DNA of 64,000 nucleotides from Heteronotia binoei (Eukaryota): positions 23,312,001 to 23,376,000 of the forward strand of contig NC_083237.1 of assembly GCF_032191835.1 (NCBI RefSeq), in the 5' to 3' direction. The position numbers were made by a program, and so were the translations under genes. The notes under the pieces were generated by a model. It saw nothing but the letters and a program-made list of their open reading frames with translations, made no database searches and was not told where the DNA came from. Positions 35,736-48,850 of this stretch are shown piece by piece. The first letter of the stretch is position 1. The number at the start of each line of letters is the position of its first letter.

Positions 35736-38700
35736 TTGTGCAATCCAGTACTTCTGCGCCTTGATTTTTATTAATAATGTACTGGGTTTAAATTAATGTT
35801 CGTGCATTTAAATGAATCAAAGTGAAATACAAAATTCTTATACATTTATCATCTCATCCTCCAGTCCCTTCTATATGTAATTCAAAACAGTATTCATTAC
35901 TATAAAAACATAAAACTCAATACAAAAGGGGGGAAACATAGCCTAAAGTAACATTCTCTGACCTTATCAGCTAGCTGTTTAACCATGCAAAGTAAATAAA
36001 TCCTTGTTGATTTCCATAAGGAATACTGTAACCAAAGACGAGCAGTTGTGGTATCAACTACACAGTCTGAGATCTGGCAAAGTTAAATGTTTAGGACAAA
36101 AGTGAGCTCCTGTTCTACTTCCTTCAGTAGCTGAAAGAAAAATAATAGAATACCGTAATGGGGGAGGCAGATGGAGAAGAGGGGATCTGCTTTTACAAGA
36201 AGAAAAGCTTGTAAAGTAACAGTGTGAATGGTCTTCAAAAGGATAAGTGGACACTTCATCACTCCTAGATATTTAGATCAGGATACTTAGCATGGCAAGC
36301 ATGTTTGTAACCATTTAGGCCCAAGCATGGGCTGCATCATGTATAGTTCAAGGGTGTCTAGGATGTTTTTAATTTATTTCATTTATACACCACCTTTATA
36401 GCTTCTTGATTTATTCCAACAACTTTGTCAGGAAGGTTAGGCTGAAAGAGTTCAACTGGCCCAAAGTGACTCAGCAATTTCCCAAAGCAGTGTAGAGATT
36501 CAAATGTGGGTCTCTCAGATCCTAGCCTGCCACTAGAACCATTACAGCCCACTGGCTTTTGGCTGTAACAAACTCAGGTTGATATAGATTCTTGTATATG
36601 CATATACAGTGACAAGTTTTGCTGCTGCCAACTTGGTAATTCTACACCCTGCTCGCATCGCTCTCTGCAAAGGGACAGGAAAGGATTTATTGGAAACAGC
36701 CTGGACTTCCAAAACTGCACCAAAAACCATTACATAACAAACCAATGTAGGAGTGCAGTTAGTGTGTCCAGGACCAGGATTCAGATGCTCCTGATGCTCA
36801 CTGGGTGGCTTTGGGCCTGTCACTCTCAGTCTAACCTGCCTCACAGGCTTGTGAGGGTAAAGCAGATCTCTTGGAGGTACGGTAGAATAAAAATGCAAGA
36901 TGGCTGTTTCATGGAGAACACATGGCTGTCAGCCAGAATGACAACATGCAGAAGCAGTACGAGCATCACTTTTATGGGCAAATTTAATAGGGCCATTCTC
37001 ATCCTGTTGAAAAGTGAATGCTAATCCATGAATACTTGTGCCACAGTACATCTAATTCATCTCAGGCATCGTATGAATATGAGGAGAGGCCTTTAAAAGG
37101 CTGAGAAAGGTGTGGCTTAAATTTCTTAGTGGTGCAGGACTTCATCTGTAACGGTATTGTGTGTGTGTGCAAAGTGCCATCAAGTCACAGCCAAGTTATG
37201 GTGACACCGTAAGGTTTTCAAAGCAAGAGATGTTCAGAAATGATTTTACTGCCTTCATTCACAAAATGCCTCCATTTGATGGTCTCCCATCCAAATTCTT
37301 AACCAGGGGCAAACTGCTTAGCTTCAGAGATGGGGCTAGCCTGAGCTACTACCAACGGATTAAAATGTTAATTGTTATTTTTTATTAGATTTATGTCACG
37401 CCCTCCCCATAGTGGGCTGGAATAAAACACTGAACTGACATTATAATAACTACTACAAGCAGTATGGATTGAAAACATTCCACAAAACGTAATGAGATTT
37501 AGCATGGACTTTGGAAACCACCAAATATCAGTTTTATCAGTTCCTCCACATACAAAATACCAGCTGAGTCTCACCCTGAAAACTCAAGCCCCTCCCACAG
37601 ATAGAAACAATGAAGAGTACAGTATTCTAAGGAATCAATTCAGAATCTTTCCAAAGAAGATGCATTCTGACAAATACAAACACTCTTCCAAACAGTAAGC
37701 TACAAATTTAAGATATTAAGTCCTACTAAAGTTATGTGCAGGGGGGGTAGCTGAAGGAATCAGAAAACTACTAAGTCTTCCTTAGAATCTGAAGAGGTGG
37801 TCCACAAGCATTTATGCTGGAATGAAGGTTCTTTAATCATTAAAGCACCATCTCTATTCCTGAAGATTAGTGACTGCATTCTTATGGCCTAAGATACTTG
37901 GGTTATAGGGTGAGGGATTGCAGACTATACCACTGCTTATAGTATCTGTTGCTATAAGCTGATTTTCTATGTAATTGTAAATTCAGGGGTCCCCAACTTT
38001 TTTGAGCCTGTGGTGAGCACAGCCAACCAGAAGCCATGCTGGGCAAAAGCCTCACCTAAACTGCACCCACTCATTTTCAAAAAATACTTGTCAAAAAACA
38101 CTCAAGTCCCTAGGTTCCTTCAAATAAAGAGACTCTCCATACTTTCAGATGAGCTTTTAATAGGAGGTCATACTAGATGCTCACAACACTGGGCCAGTGT
38201 TGAAATGAACTTGGTTCAAAATGGCAAAGGTTATATAGTTCACTACAAGCAGTTAAAAGCACGCCTCATTTTGGGTGAACAAACAATTCAAACTCGGGTT
38301 ACAAATCATGACTCTCACCATTACTACAAAGCCCAACCAGTAGATAACATTCTCAGGTAGGAGGCATGACCTTGCGGCTTGTTGGACCTTGTTTCCCACT
38401 CCCAGAAGACACAGAAGCTTAGCTTTCAATTCTATCCACACATTCCTTCAGATACATACACTAGGCATAGACAGTAAATAATAGGCAGTAAAAAAGACTT
38501 GACATTGGGTACCAGTAAAGGTTTTGGCAGGCACCATGGTGTCCAAGGGCATCACATTAGAGACTGCGGATTTAATGTGTCATATTTGCATGGTTATGCT
38601 GTACTTCACCTCTGGTTGGTTTCCAGATTTCTACATCACGCTTGTTCTGCTTGCTGCAGTGGTTCCCAGCGTTTTCGGTATGGTAGCCTACAAGTCTGGA

Positions 38701-39849
38701 TGTATTTAATATGGCAAAACTAACATTCCACTTGCACATTAGACCAGAGAATTTCAAGAAAAATTTAATGTATTTTTTGCCTATATAGATCAAAACCAGG
38801 GTTGAATAGTTTAAGGATTATAAGAAGAGATGAATGATAAAGTACAGAATGATCAAATTGTATAACTAAGCTATGCATACTCATAGTGATGAGATATTAG
38901 AAAAGAAGAGATGAAAAAATAATAGAATATAAATTAAAAGTATATATTTGTAACATGTATGTAATAAAGATAGGCTCAAGAATTTTGACAGAAAATGCAG
39001 TTAGTTATAACATAATATAGATATGAATGATGGTCTATCTTCCTATTTAGATTCATGTTCTACACCAAACATGATTGTGTGAAACTGCAGTAATGCAGAA
39101 TTTCTATCTTTTTTTTTGTTGTGAATGAAAAATGTATTTTAAAAATTTGAAATGGTGACCTATATGGGCCCAAAGATTTATGGTGCCCTGGGCAAACTAT
39201 GACCTTGGCACCCATCTAGTTCCCTATTCTATTTTCTGTAGAACCCAACCAGATGTTTTGGAGAAACTGAGCATCACATTAAAAGGGGCAAATGGCATTC
39301 CTACATCCTGCATACTGAGATTACATTCCAGCCTTTGAAGCACACACCCAGTTTCCTTCCAATCCATTTTTGGTTCTAAGAAAATTCACTCTAGTTAAAA
39401 AAATACCAAGCATGTCCTGATGTCTACTAATCAATGCGCATAGATGGGGGGGGGGGCAGAATGCCAACCAATGTATGACACGGAAGATACTATTTCTAGG
39501 GTCAGTAAGTTTCCAAAATGTGCAAGAGCAATAGAAAAGGCAGGGGTGGTCAGAAGGAAGGAGTGGCCCCGCAGCCTCTTGGGTCCTTACCGGGAATCCC
39601 TGGTCTACTGGACGTCCCACTCTATTGGCTGTATTTATTTATTCTGTGTAGTCCGCCTTGAGTCGTGAGAAAGTCGGGCTATAAATATGATTTTTTTTGG
39701 GGGGGGGAGAGATTCTACACAGGTATCTTGTCAAAGCATCAATTCCAACAAACTACCAGATCACACAGATTCGAGTCCAGTAGCACCTTAGAGACCAACA
39801 AGACTTGGGAATGATATATAAGCTTTCGACAGTCTGTCTTTTAAAAGGG

Positions 39850-40480
39850 CTCTTTGGCTTTCCCTCCAAAGACTCTGAACCGCCTTCTACAACAAGGAAA
39901 CCAGGAGCACCGGAGGCAGCGCGGCGGGGCTTGTTGGCTGCTCGCCAAAATGATGCCTCTGGAGAGACACGTCGAAGGTAGGGGCAGAAAAAGGTGCCCA
40001 TCCAAACCCGACTCCGGTTTCTTCTTCTGCAGCAGCGCCTCCACCCCTCACGCCCGGTTTTAATAATCCCCTAAGGCCTTCTAGGAGCGGGACCACCCCA
40101 CAAGTTTACGGCAGACCAACCGTCGGTCTTAAAGGCTTATGCGCGCGCGCTTTTCCTTGAACTCTCCCCCTCGCTTCCCGCCTCGCATCCTTTCCTGCAG
40201 GACCTGCGCAGGCGCCAGCCTGATGTCCGCTCTCACCCCTCCCCTGGGGAGGAGGAGGAAGACTTGTCGGTGCGTTGTCTTGCTTAAGGCGGGCGGGTAC
40301 CCGGATATTGCTGGTACCCGTACGGCGGGGCTGAGGGCTGGGAAGCGCATGCGTAGTAACTCGGTGCCTCTTTCTCTTGAGCTTCGACGTCCTAGCGGGT
40401 CGCTGGGCCCTGGGTCCAGGCGGGGCTAAAGGGGAGGGGCTTGGGCTGAGCCCACCCCACCCCCTTTGGGGAGGTGAGTA
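39850..40480. promoter_or_regulatory. CpG-island promoter of KCTD13 with non-coding first exon (candidate donor 40473|40474)
   Basis: CpG-rich; NRF1-like TGCGCAGGCGC (~40205) and GCGCATGCG (~40345); donor GAG|gtgagt; next acceptor at 41614. Confidence 0.6.
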
Positions 40481-41187
40481 CATTGAGGGGGGATGGGCGG
40501 GGGGGGCAAAGGGCTGTGAGAAACTAGCCTCGAAGGGGGGGGTAGCTCAGAAGACGGGGGGGGGGGGAGGAGGATAAAAAGCTATGAGTGAGGGGGGAAA
40601 GAAAGGTCCAAGGGGACTCTGAACTTAAAAAGGGAGCCTCGGATAAGAGCTCAGGTGGAACTGATTTGGGTACTGGGGTGGGATTCTTATCAGCCATTTG
40701 GGTGGTGTTGGTAGCGAAAGCTGGTGTACAAACATTGCAGTAACTGTAAATTTGGGTACCACTAGCTGGAGGTGAGAAAGATGGGGAAACATCCTTGGGC
40801 TAGAAGCACAAAGGAAGAGCTGCGGGTGACTGGGCTGGAGTAGGAGGAAATGATCACCAAGGATAAGTTTGCAGGGGAGAGGCAGAAAGTGTGGAAGTGA
40901 ATACAAGTGCTGGTCTCTTGCTTGGATCATGTTAGTAGTATTCTACCAATATTACTGCTGTCTTACTAGCTCCCAGTGTCAATTGTGTGTGTAAAAACTA
41001 AACAGTGCTCCAGCGGCACCTTAGAGGCAAATGAAAGTTATTCTAGCGTGGCATTTTGTGAGTTAGAATTCTGATCTCGGACTTATGAAAGTTATTACTA
41101 ACATGACTGCCCCTCTGGATTGAATTTAGGGTTAGGGGATGTACAGAATATGGAAGTGATCCTGTTCATGTTTAGGGGGTTTAAAAC

Positions 41188-41372
41188 CGGGGCTTTTTTT
41201 GGTAGCAGGAGCTCCTTTGCATATTAGGCCACACACCCCTGATGTAGCCAATCCTCTTAAGAGCTTACAAGTAGGCTCTGTTAGAAGAGCCCTGTAAGCT
41301 CTTGGAGGATTGGCTACATAAGAGGAGTGTGGCCTAATATGCAGAGGAGTTCCTGCTACACAAAAAGCCCAA
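41188..41372. mobile_element. Palindromic (fold-back) hAT MITE
   Basis: The two halves are long imperfect inverted repeats; 8-bp TSD TTTAAAAC at 41180-41187 and 41373-41380. Confidence 0.85.
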
Positions 41373-41620
41373 TTTAAAACAGAAGACTGGATGTGATAAG
41401 AAGATAGGGTTGTGTGTGTGGGGGGGATGCCATTGAAACAGCAACAGAAGATTAAATCATTATGAAATTGCCCCAGATGCTTCAAGTACTTTTTTAGATT
41501 CCCCCCCTCCAATTTTTGAAAATTTTTGACTCAGAAGAGTCTCTGAGGCAAAAGGCCCTGCATTCTGTAGAAAGCCTGATACTGAAGATCGCTCTGTCTT
41601 TTCTCTTTCCACAGGTGGTG

Positions 41621-41882
41621 ATGTCAGCCGAAGCCACAGCAGACTCGGTCCCACCTCCTGAGGCCTGTGCTCCACTGGTCCCAACCCAGCAGCGCCGGGA
41701 TGGCGGGGGTGGGGTAGCAGGTGCAACCTTTGATCTCAAACCTCTGAACCCCAGCAGCAAGTATGTGAAACTGAACGTAGGAGGGTCCCTCCATTACACC
41801 ACCGTGCAGACCCTCACCAAGCAAGACACCATGCTGAAGGCCATGTTCAGTGGCAGGATGGAAGTGCTGACGGATAGTGAAG
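41621..41882 (+). CDS. KCTD13: KCTD13 coding exon 1 (BTB/POZ, BACURD1)
   Basis: MSAEA...[43 protein letters not shown]; LHYTTV and the 16p11.2 neighbours favour KCTD13 over TNFAIP1/KCTD10. Confidence 0.92.
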
Positions 41883-43066
41883 GTATTTCTTAATTGTTTG
41901 TTTGCTCCACCCTGTAGCTGGTTTGTGGGACAGGAAAGCCAGTAAGCTATCTTAAGTAAATAAAGTGTAGAGGCCAGGCAGGAACTCCACTTAGTTGCAA
42001 AATGGAGCCCGCTCTGTGAATCACATCTGCTGTCCAGTATGGCAGAGGGAGAACTATAAACATTTCAGGTTTTAACCAAACAACTTCTGGGTTCTCTGCA
42101 CACACATGAAAGCTTTGATGGGTTGGAGAAATTTTTTCTTATAAACTTCCACTATTCATTTTACATATTCAGATGTAACTCTGAACTGTTTCCCATCTAG
42201 ATGGGTTAAGTAAATATTTATAGCTTCAAATTCATAAAGTTAAAGATTGTTGGGTAATGTTGTTCCCTGATTTTTTCAAATAACCATGAAGATTTTGAAG
42301 CTGAAATCTAGGTAAGAGCACAAGGGTTTTTGTGACAAGTCGCCTCCTGATATTTTTGAAGTCTTTTTGGTATGTGATTGTTGCTGAAATATTTCAGTGG
42401 GTGATTTTTTAAATAATGGATTTGTTTTACATTCTTTGTGGGTATTGTAAGGCTGTTCTGAGAAGTCTTATATGGAATATCTGGATGAAAATAAGATGAG
42501 AAAAATCAAGAAAAATATTTCCCCCCTGAATACCCAAGAAGCAATCTTGGCTGTTGATGCCTTGTTCCAGTGACCAAAAGACCAGCTGACCATCTTTGAC
42601 ATGGCTCTTGTTGGAAATTAGGTCCTAATTATCCAGCGAATGGCAGGAAGCCTGGCTTAATTTTTTCCTTTACTGATCAGTCTTTTTCTGAGAGGCAGGA
42701 AGGGCTCAGCCGCTGTTCCTTTCCTCTTGTCTCTTACCAGCTGGTTTCCCTCTGTCCCATGGCATTCCTTTATTTTAATTTATAGCCTATGCAGTCCCGA
42801 AGGCTTGTAATTATTTACAATGAGTCATCTGTGTACTTAGCACTTCATAGAGCAATGCACACAGGACCCAGAATAACTAGGAAAAAAACATAAACAAAAC
42901 CTTGATACATTCCCTGAGCATTCAGTTTAAATTTTGCCAGTGGGAATATGAGCATTGGCTTTTTTAAGAGGTCATATTTAGAGGACAAGATCTGAAGATC
43001 ACATTGGCTGTGTATGGCATTCTGGCAGTATTGCAGTTCATAAAGTTCAGGAGCAGACATTAATCA

Positions 43067-43263
43067 GGGGAGGGGCTCTGGCTCAGTGGAAGGACCTCTG
43101 CTTTGCATGCAGAAGGTACCCAGCATCTCCAGTGTAAAAAAAGAACTAGCTACAAGGTGATGTGAAACCTTTGCCTGAGAACCTGGAAAGCCACTGCCAG
43201 CCTGAGTAGACAATAATGACTTTTATAGGCTGGTGGTCTGATTCGGAGTAAGGTAGTTTCATG
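43067..43263 (+). mobile_element. tRNA-derived SINE of a second family
   Basis: GGGGCTCTGGCTCAGTGG (A-box-like) head; tail ...GGTCTGATTCGGAGTAAGGTAGTTTCATG. Confidence 0.55.
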
Positions 43264-44150
43264 GTTACAGAAGCAAGTAGGTTTAGCAAAGCTAAATGAA
43301 ACCAAAGGTCCATTTTGTTCAACATGATTTTTCATACAGTGGCCAGCTCCAGTAACCCAGGAAGGACCACAGGTTTAATGCTAAGGCCTAGGCTTCCCCT
43401 TCGTCCCCACCCCACCAGTGACTGGTATTCAGAGGTCTACTGGCTCTGAACATGGAGCCTTTGGCCATTATGGCAGATAGCCATTGATAGAACTGTCCTC
43501 GATGAATATTTCCAATCCATGTGTTGGGGAATTTTAAAACTCCCTAAGCTAGTGCTCCTCACTGTTTTGTGTTAGTGAATGTTGGATGAAGGAGTTGTTT
43601 CTTCTGCCTATCCTGAATCTCCTGCCTGTTGATTTCACTGACAAATTTATGCAGGCAAACGCTAGTCTTATGTTCAGCTATTTTGAAAAACAGAATTATC
43701 CCTTGAACTTCATAGCAGAAGCTCTGTAACAAAGAGATTCTTCCTATCATAGTTCAAATGCAGTTGAAATTTTGTATTTCAGAGACGAAAGGTCAGGTAC
43801 TTCTTTAAATCCACCCCCCCCCACCAAGTTCTGTGCCAGTTTTATCATTTGCCCTTCAGAATGTCATTCTTAATGGTACAAGCCAAAAACTGTGGCAACA
43901 GACACACAGAATGTAACTATGACTAATAATATAAAACAGTTAACTGGAGTATTGCTAGTTATATGTAGGATTGTTTTTGCAACATCATAAGCAGAATTAA
44001 CTATAGAAATAGTAATATTTGAGTTTTCTTTCTCTTAGTCTACTACAAAACCAAGCAATCTTAAGCCGGATGTGAAACAGGGATGCCTTCTTGTTGCTGT
44101 TCTCCACTCCTCTTCTGGTGGGTCTATAAACATCCATTTGCTCTTGCCAG

Positions 44151-44320
44151 GCTGGATCTTGATTGATAGAAGTGGGCGCCATTTTGGAACCATCCTGAAT
44201 TACTTGCGAGACGGTTCAGTGTCTCTCCCCGAGTCCCAGCGGGAGTTGGAAGAGGTGCTGTCTGAGGCCCGCTACTACCTGATTCAAGGCTTAGTGGAGG
44301 ACTGCCAGCTGGCACTCCAG
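44151..44320 (+). CDS. KCTD13: KCTD13 coding exon 2
   Basis: [23 protein letters not shown]...[16 protein letters not shown]; 170 nt. Confidence 0.95.
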
Positions 44321-44467
44321 GTGAGCATCTCCCTGCTAAGAAATCACAGGAAGTTTAGAATCTCATGCTGTGTTTTTAAAGGGCAGAACAGCAGCTTCTG
44401 AGTCGCCTAATGAGGCTGCAGTGCGCAACTTGCATGTCTTTCTCTTTTTTCCCCCTTCCCTGCTCAG

Positions 44468-44557
44468 CAAAAGAGCGAAGCCTTTGACCCTCTCTGCCAC
44501 ATCCCCATGGTGACGTCTCCAAAGGAAGAGCAGCAGATCATCTCAAGTTGTTCCAAG
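44468..44557 (+). CDS. KCTD13: KCTD13 coding exon 3
   Basis: QKSEAFDPLCHIPMVTSPKEEQQIISSCSK; 90 nt. Confidence 0.95.
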
Positions 44558-45363
44558 GTAAAGCAGTTGTGGAATTGTGTGGGGTGGAGTCCCAGGAAGG
44601 TTGTGTTTGTCAGTGCAGAGAAGGGGAGCTTGCTGGGCTTGTATATTCGGGACCAACACAGCAGTTTTGCTGAAGAACAGATAGCATGGGAAGCTGTCCA
44701 ATATGTCTCCATCCATTTAGGCATAGCTTAGGGGTCCCCAATGTAGCACCCACTGACACCTTTCCTGGGGCCTGCTAAAAAGTGGGTGGGACAGGTGTGC
44801 ATTTGTACAGCTGGGCTTCTGATTGCCCATTAGAAATCTGATTGGCTACAGAGACTTCTAAGATGATATTTTGGTGGCGCCTGCCACCACAACTCAAGGA
44901 TCTTCACCGTGTGACTGAAGGTAAGCTGTGTGCATGCAAGAAAATATTTTTAATTGTATGCTCATTTTAAATGATGTCCTGTTAAGCAGAGCTTCTGCCA
45001 AAAATGTTAAAGAGTTACTACTAATGTTACTGACATTTTCTGGCTGGCTCTGCCTCATTTGGCATCCATTGCCTGGTTGTGCCCACCACTGTATTTCAGA
45101 ATTGCATAGTTGCCCTCAGGCTCAGAAAGGTGGGGGACTCCTGCAGTGGTGTATCCCTTGCCTTGAAGAGTGGGCAAGGTGCAGGTTTTGTGAGACCCCA
45201 GCAGCTTGGCTGGTTAGCAAAACAGGAGGCTAAAAAACAACTTGCATGCAGCAAGCTCAAAACACAGCAGTAGTAAAGGAACAGAAACCACTCTCCTTTG
45301 CTTTCTTTTAGGAAACGTCTGCTGTGTTTCCTTTATCTGTGTGTTTTTCTCTCCTTTGCTTAG

Positions 45364-45416
45364 CCTGTGGTGAAATTGCTGCATAACAGAAGCAACAACA
45401 AGTATTCGTATACAAG
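45364..45416 (+). CDS. KCTD13: KCTD13 coding exon 4
   Basis: PVVKLLHNRSNNKYSYT; 53 nt. Confidence 0.95.
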
Positions 45417-46139
45417 GTAAGGCACATTTTTATTTACATTATTTATAGTCCAACTTTTGCACTGGGGCTCAAGACAGATTATACAGAGTGGTTCATTACA
45501 ATCAACAAAATGTAGCTTTCAAGAAACAATGTAGGACTATTAAGGTTGTAGAAGTCCGGAACCAACCAAAAAAATCTAAAAGATAGAACTGAAGTAAAGC
45601 ACAGTATAAATATTAATATATTTATTTATTTAGGCAATTTATATTTTACCCTTTCCCAAAACGGGCTCAGGGTAGATCACACCATTCTAAAAACAGTATA
45701 AAACAACAGTTAAAAACCAAATCAATGTAATCAATACAATTTGTTAAAGCGTAATAAGTTATAAATAGCGGCTCAGTTGGGCACGTTATATAAACTGAGA
45801 GTCTAAAACAGGAGATAGAGTAAAATTCATATTACAGCAGAGATGGTACCATAGCATAGGGCCAGCCAATGGAATATTAAGTGACATGTTAAGTGATGCA
45901 AAGATTACATGGCAGGAGCCAACTTAGAGCACACAATTGCACGCAGTAGTGCAGACCACAGTCCCTAGTCATTTATCCGAGTAATTTTGTTTTGTGGGAG
46001 AATTTGGTGTATTTCTTGCATCTCCTGTTTATCCACAGCAGATATTCTCACGTTTTTGCTGGTAATGGTGCAGCTTGGAGACTTACCAAGAAATTTTCTG
46101 CCCTCATCCCTGTTCTCTCTCTTCCTCACCCTCATCTAG

Positions 46140-46335
46140 TAACTCCGATGACAACTTGCTGAAGAACATTGAACTCTTTGACAAACTCGCTCTGCGGTTC
46201 AACGGACGGGTGCTCTTCATCAAAGATGTCCTGGGAGACGAGATCTGCTGCTGGTCTTTCTATGGGCAGGGCCGCAAGATCGCCGAAGTCTGTTGCACCT
46301 CTATCGTGTACGCCACTGAGAAGAAACAGACTAAG
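46140..46335 (+). CDS. KCTD13: KCTD13 coding exon 5
   Basis: [65 protein letters not shown]; 196 nt. Confidence 0.95.
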
Positions 46336-46820
46336 GTAACTCACCGTGTATTGTTCCTTGCCATCTCAAGTACTCAGTTTGTAGTAAGAGAGAGCACTTG
46401 CTTTTCCAGTTGATAACTGGAACTCTTAATAGGACCCCTCTCTTTATTTGAATTAGTGTTGGGTAGATTAAAGCTTTATAAGCTGTCCCACAAATCCATG
46501 AGTAGGTACAAAAAGCAAACCTTTTGAAGAGATCAGCATTTTTAAAAAACAGTTTAAATTTAGTTAATGTATTCCAAGAAATGTACAATCTCTTAGTTTA
46601 TTTTGTCTGCCTGCAACCATGTCAAATTTTATGAGGCCTCCACCCCAGTTGATGGACTTGCTATGGTCCATCGTTTTTGTTGTTTGGCTTGTTGCAGTAT
46701 TGAGGTGTGGATGATTTTGCTTTTTAGACTTTCCATGCAGCTAGAATTATTTCTGTATTCCTATTTATAAGGATTAGGATAAATGTTCTCATTTTCTTTG
46801 GGTTGGTATTGGTATTGGGG

Positions 46821-48260
46821 TGGGACAGAAACAGTCCTGGTCGCCCTCATGGATGACCTCCGACGACAACTGGATCGAGGCGGCTCGGCGGTATTGCTGT
46901 TGCTAGACCTATCGGCTGCGTTCGATATGGTCGACCATCGGCTGCTGACCCGCCGCCTCGCCGACGCAGGAATTCGGGGGCTAGCCTTACAGTGGCTCTC
47001 CTCCTTTCTTGATGGTCGGGGACAAAGGGTGGCAATTGGGGGGGAGCTGTCTCAGAGGTACCCACTTCATTGTGGAGTGCCTCAGGGAGCAGTTCTCTCC
47101 CCGATGCTGTTTAACATCTTTATGCGCCCCCTTGCCCAGATTGCACGGAGGTACGGGCTGGGTTGTCATCAATATGCGGATGACACCCAGCTCTATCTAC
47201 TGATGGGCGACCGGGCTGGTGATGTCCCTGCAAATTTGGACCGGGCATTACAAGCCGTGGCTGACTGGCTCAGGCTGAGCGGGCTGAAGTTGAATCCGGC
47301 GAAGACTGAGGTCCTTTGCGTGGGCCGCGGTGGACCAGGAGGGGAGATTACTTTACCGGCCTTTGACGGTGCGCCACTGGTACCAGTGCGCAAAGTCAAG
47401 AGCCTGGGAGTGCTACTGGAGTCCTCCTTATCAATGGAGGCCCAGGTGGCCGCCACTGCTAGATCTGCCTTCTTCCATCTTAAGAGGGCGAGGCAGTTGG
47501 CTCCCTTCTTGGAGCGCACCAACCTAGCAACTGTGATCCACGCAACGGTCACTTCGAGGTTAGACTACTGCAATGCCCTCTACATGGGGCTGCCCTTGTA
47601 CCGAACACGGAGACTTCAGGTAGTCCAGAACGCGGCGGCCAGGCTGCTGGAGGGACTACCATGGTGGGAGCCTGCGCGGCCTGGGCTGCGGAATCTGCAT
47701 TGGCTGCCGGTTGTATACCGTGTTTGCTATAAGGTGCTGGTTATCACCTTTAAAGCCCTATATGGCCGAGGACCTGCCTACCTAAAGGACCGCCTCTCCC
47801 CATATGTGCCCCAGAGAGCACTGAGGTCTAGTTCTCAGAACTTACTAACAATCCCTGGGCCAAGAGAAGTTAGGTTGAAGGCTACTAGGGAGCAGGCCTT
47901 CTCGGTGATAGCCCCTCGTTGGTGGAACGACCTTCCAGAGATGGTGCGAGCCCTGCGGGACCTGAACCAATTCCGCAGGGCTTGCAAAACATTTCTTTTC
48001 CAGCTGGCTTTCGAGATAGAACCTGATTAACCCAACGAGCGGACATCTAGCCGTCTTGTGTACATTATGATTACAGCATTTTAGCACCTATTTTATATAT
48101 TTTACCTATTTTAAATAACTTATTTGTAATTGATATATTTAAATTGTTCATGTTGTTTTATGTGAATCATGGGACTCCCATGTCTGTTAGCCGCCCTGAG
48201 CCCGCCTGGCGGGGAGGGCGGGATATAAAAATAAAATATTATTATTATTATTATTATTAC
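46821..48260 (+). mobile_element. Young 5'-truncated L2-clade LINE (RT domain and 3' UTR) in KCTD13 intron 5
   Basis: Uninterrupted ORF to 48030 with LLLDLSAAFDMVDH, GVPQGAVLSP, YADDTQLY, WLPV motifs; CpGs intact; (ATT)n tail 48237-48258. Confidence 0.92.
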
Positions 48261-48607
48261 TACTACCATTTCCTAGTTGGGCTTGGGGAATGTGCCTGAA
48301 CTACTTGTGCCAGGTCACACAATGATAAGATGGAATTCAAGCTCAGGTCTCCTAGGCCCAATTCCAGTCCTTCCACCTAGCTTAAACTAGCTCCGTTTCA
48401 TTTTATTTTGTCAAATCTTCCCTTTCTCCAGAGTTTGTCAGTGGTTTGTTTGTTTTTTAATATCTTCACATCTAGTATTTGAGGTTAAACAGAATATCAA
48501 TGACATGGCCCAAGCCTTAGTGAATCTGTGTTAGGATTTTACCCTGGAATTCCATGTCAAATCTGACCACTCACACCTTGTGTAACTTCACATTCTCTTG
48601 TGTACAG

Positions 48608-48850
48608 GTGGAGTTCCCTGAGGCAAGGATCTTTGAGGAGACCCTGAACATCCTGATCTATGAGACACCAAGGGTGCCGGATAAGGCCCTGCTGGAAGCA
48701 ACAGGCGGGGTGGCAGGTGGAGGCGGAGGCCTCCTCCGCGCAGGTGATGACGAAGACGGGCGGGAGCACCGTGTCCGGCGCATTCATGTCCGCAGGCATA
48801 TTATGCACGACGAGCGTCCTCATGGTCACCAGGCTGTTTTCAAGGACTGA
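48608..48850 (+). CDS. KCTD13: KCTD13 coding exon 6 (last)
   Basis: VEFPEARIFEETLNILIYETPRVPDKALLEATGG...HRVRRIHVRRHIMHDERPHGHQAVFKD*; spliced CDS 1014 nt = 337 aa. Confidence 0.95.
   Translation: MEFPEARIFEETLNILIYETPRVPDKALLEATGGVAGGGGGLLRAGDDEDGREHRVRRIHVRRHIMHDERPHGHQAVFKD

Noticed and set aside
38524-38709. 61-aa hydrophobic ORF containing MVSKG (GFP-like start) and a TM-like stretch
   Set aside because: No fluorescent-protein similarity beyond 5 residues, no promoter or splice support, no recognised family; treated as chance.
46783-46820. ATG-initiated full 415-aa protein
   Set aside because: The first ~13 codons are flanking DNA; the rest is a 5'-truncated L2 ORF2, not a host gene.
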